A stretch of 64,000 nt of DNA from Octopus sinensis (taxonomy: Eukaryota): the NCBI RefSeq assembly GCF_006345805.1, contig NC_043000.1:130696001-130760000 (forward strand), given 5' to 3'. The first letter of the stretch is position 1. Every line of letters starts with the position of its first letter. Under the pieces are notes generated by a model. That model worked only from the letters and a program-made list of their open reading frames with translations, was not told where the DNA came from and searched no databases. Both the position numbers and the translations under genes were made by a program. This document shows, in pieces, positions 63,926 to 64,000 of this stretch.

Positions 63926-64000
63926 GTGCTGGGGGTGGTGTGTCTTTGTGCTTGTATTTGTCGCCAAGGTGGAAGGGAAATGTAACGATTGGGTTTAAAA

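Overview
AT-rich, microsatellite-saturated eukaryotic DNA with no recognisable host protein-coding exon; the SINE families and repeat landscape suggest an octopus/coleoid cephalopod intron or intergenic region (inference). Nearly all ORF-track entries are microsatellite noise. Transposon remnants: mariner, pogo-like, piggyBac, Helitron/Helentron, RTE and R4/Dong-type LINEs, and several tRNA-derived SINE families. The main signal is a dense set of non-coding elements inserted in (TA)n tracts that carry type I hammerhead ribozyme (HHR) motifs: about 16 motifs at 11 loci from about 9 unrelated sequence families, most with a palindromic stem III. They occur as a ~545-bp tandem retrozyme-like array (34-35.3 kb) and as fold-back palindromes whose axis lies at or just upstream of the ribozyme core. 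One copy has an apparent compensatory G3:C8 core swap. Structures were folded by eye, not computed; coordinates are hand-counted (+/- a few nt); some near-identical duplications could be long-read assembly artefacts.
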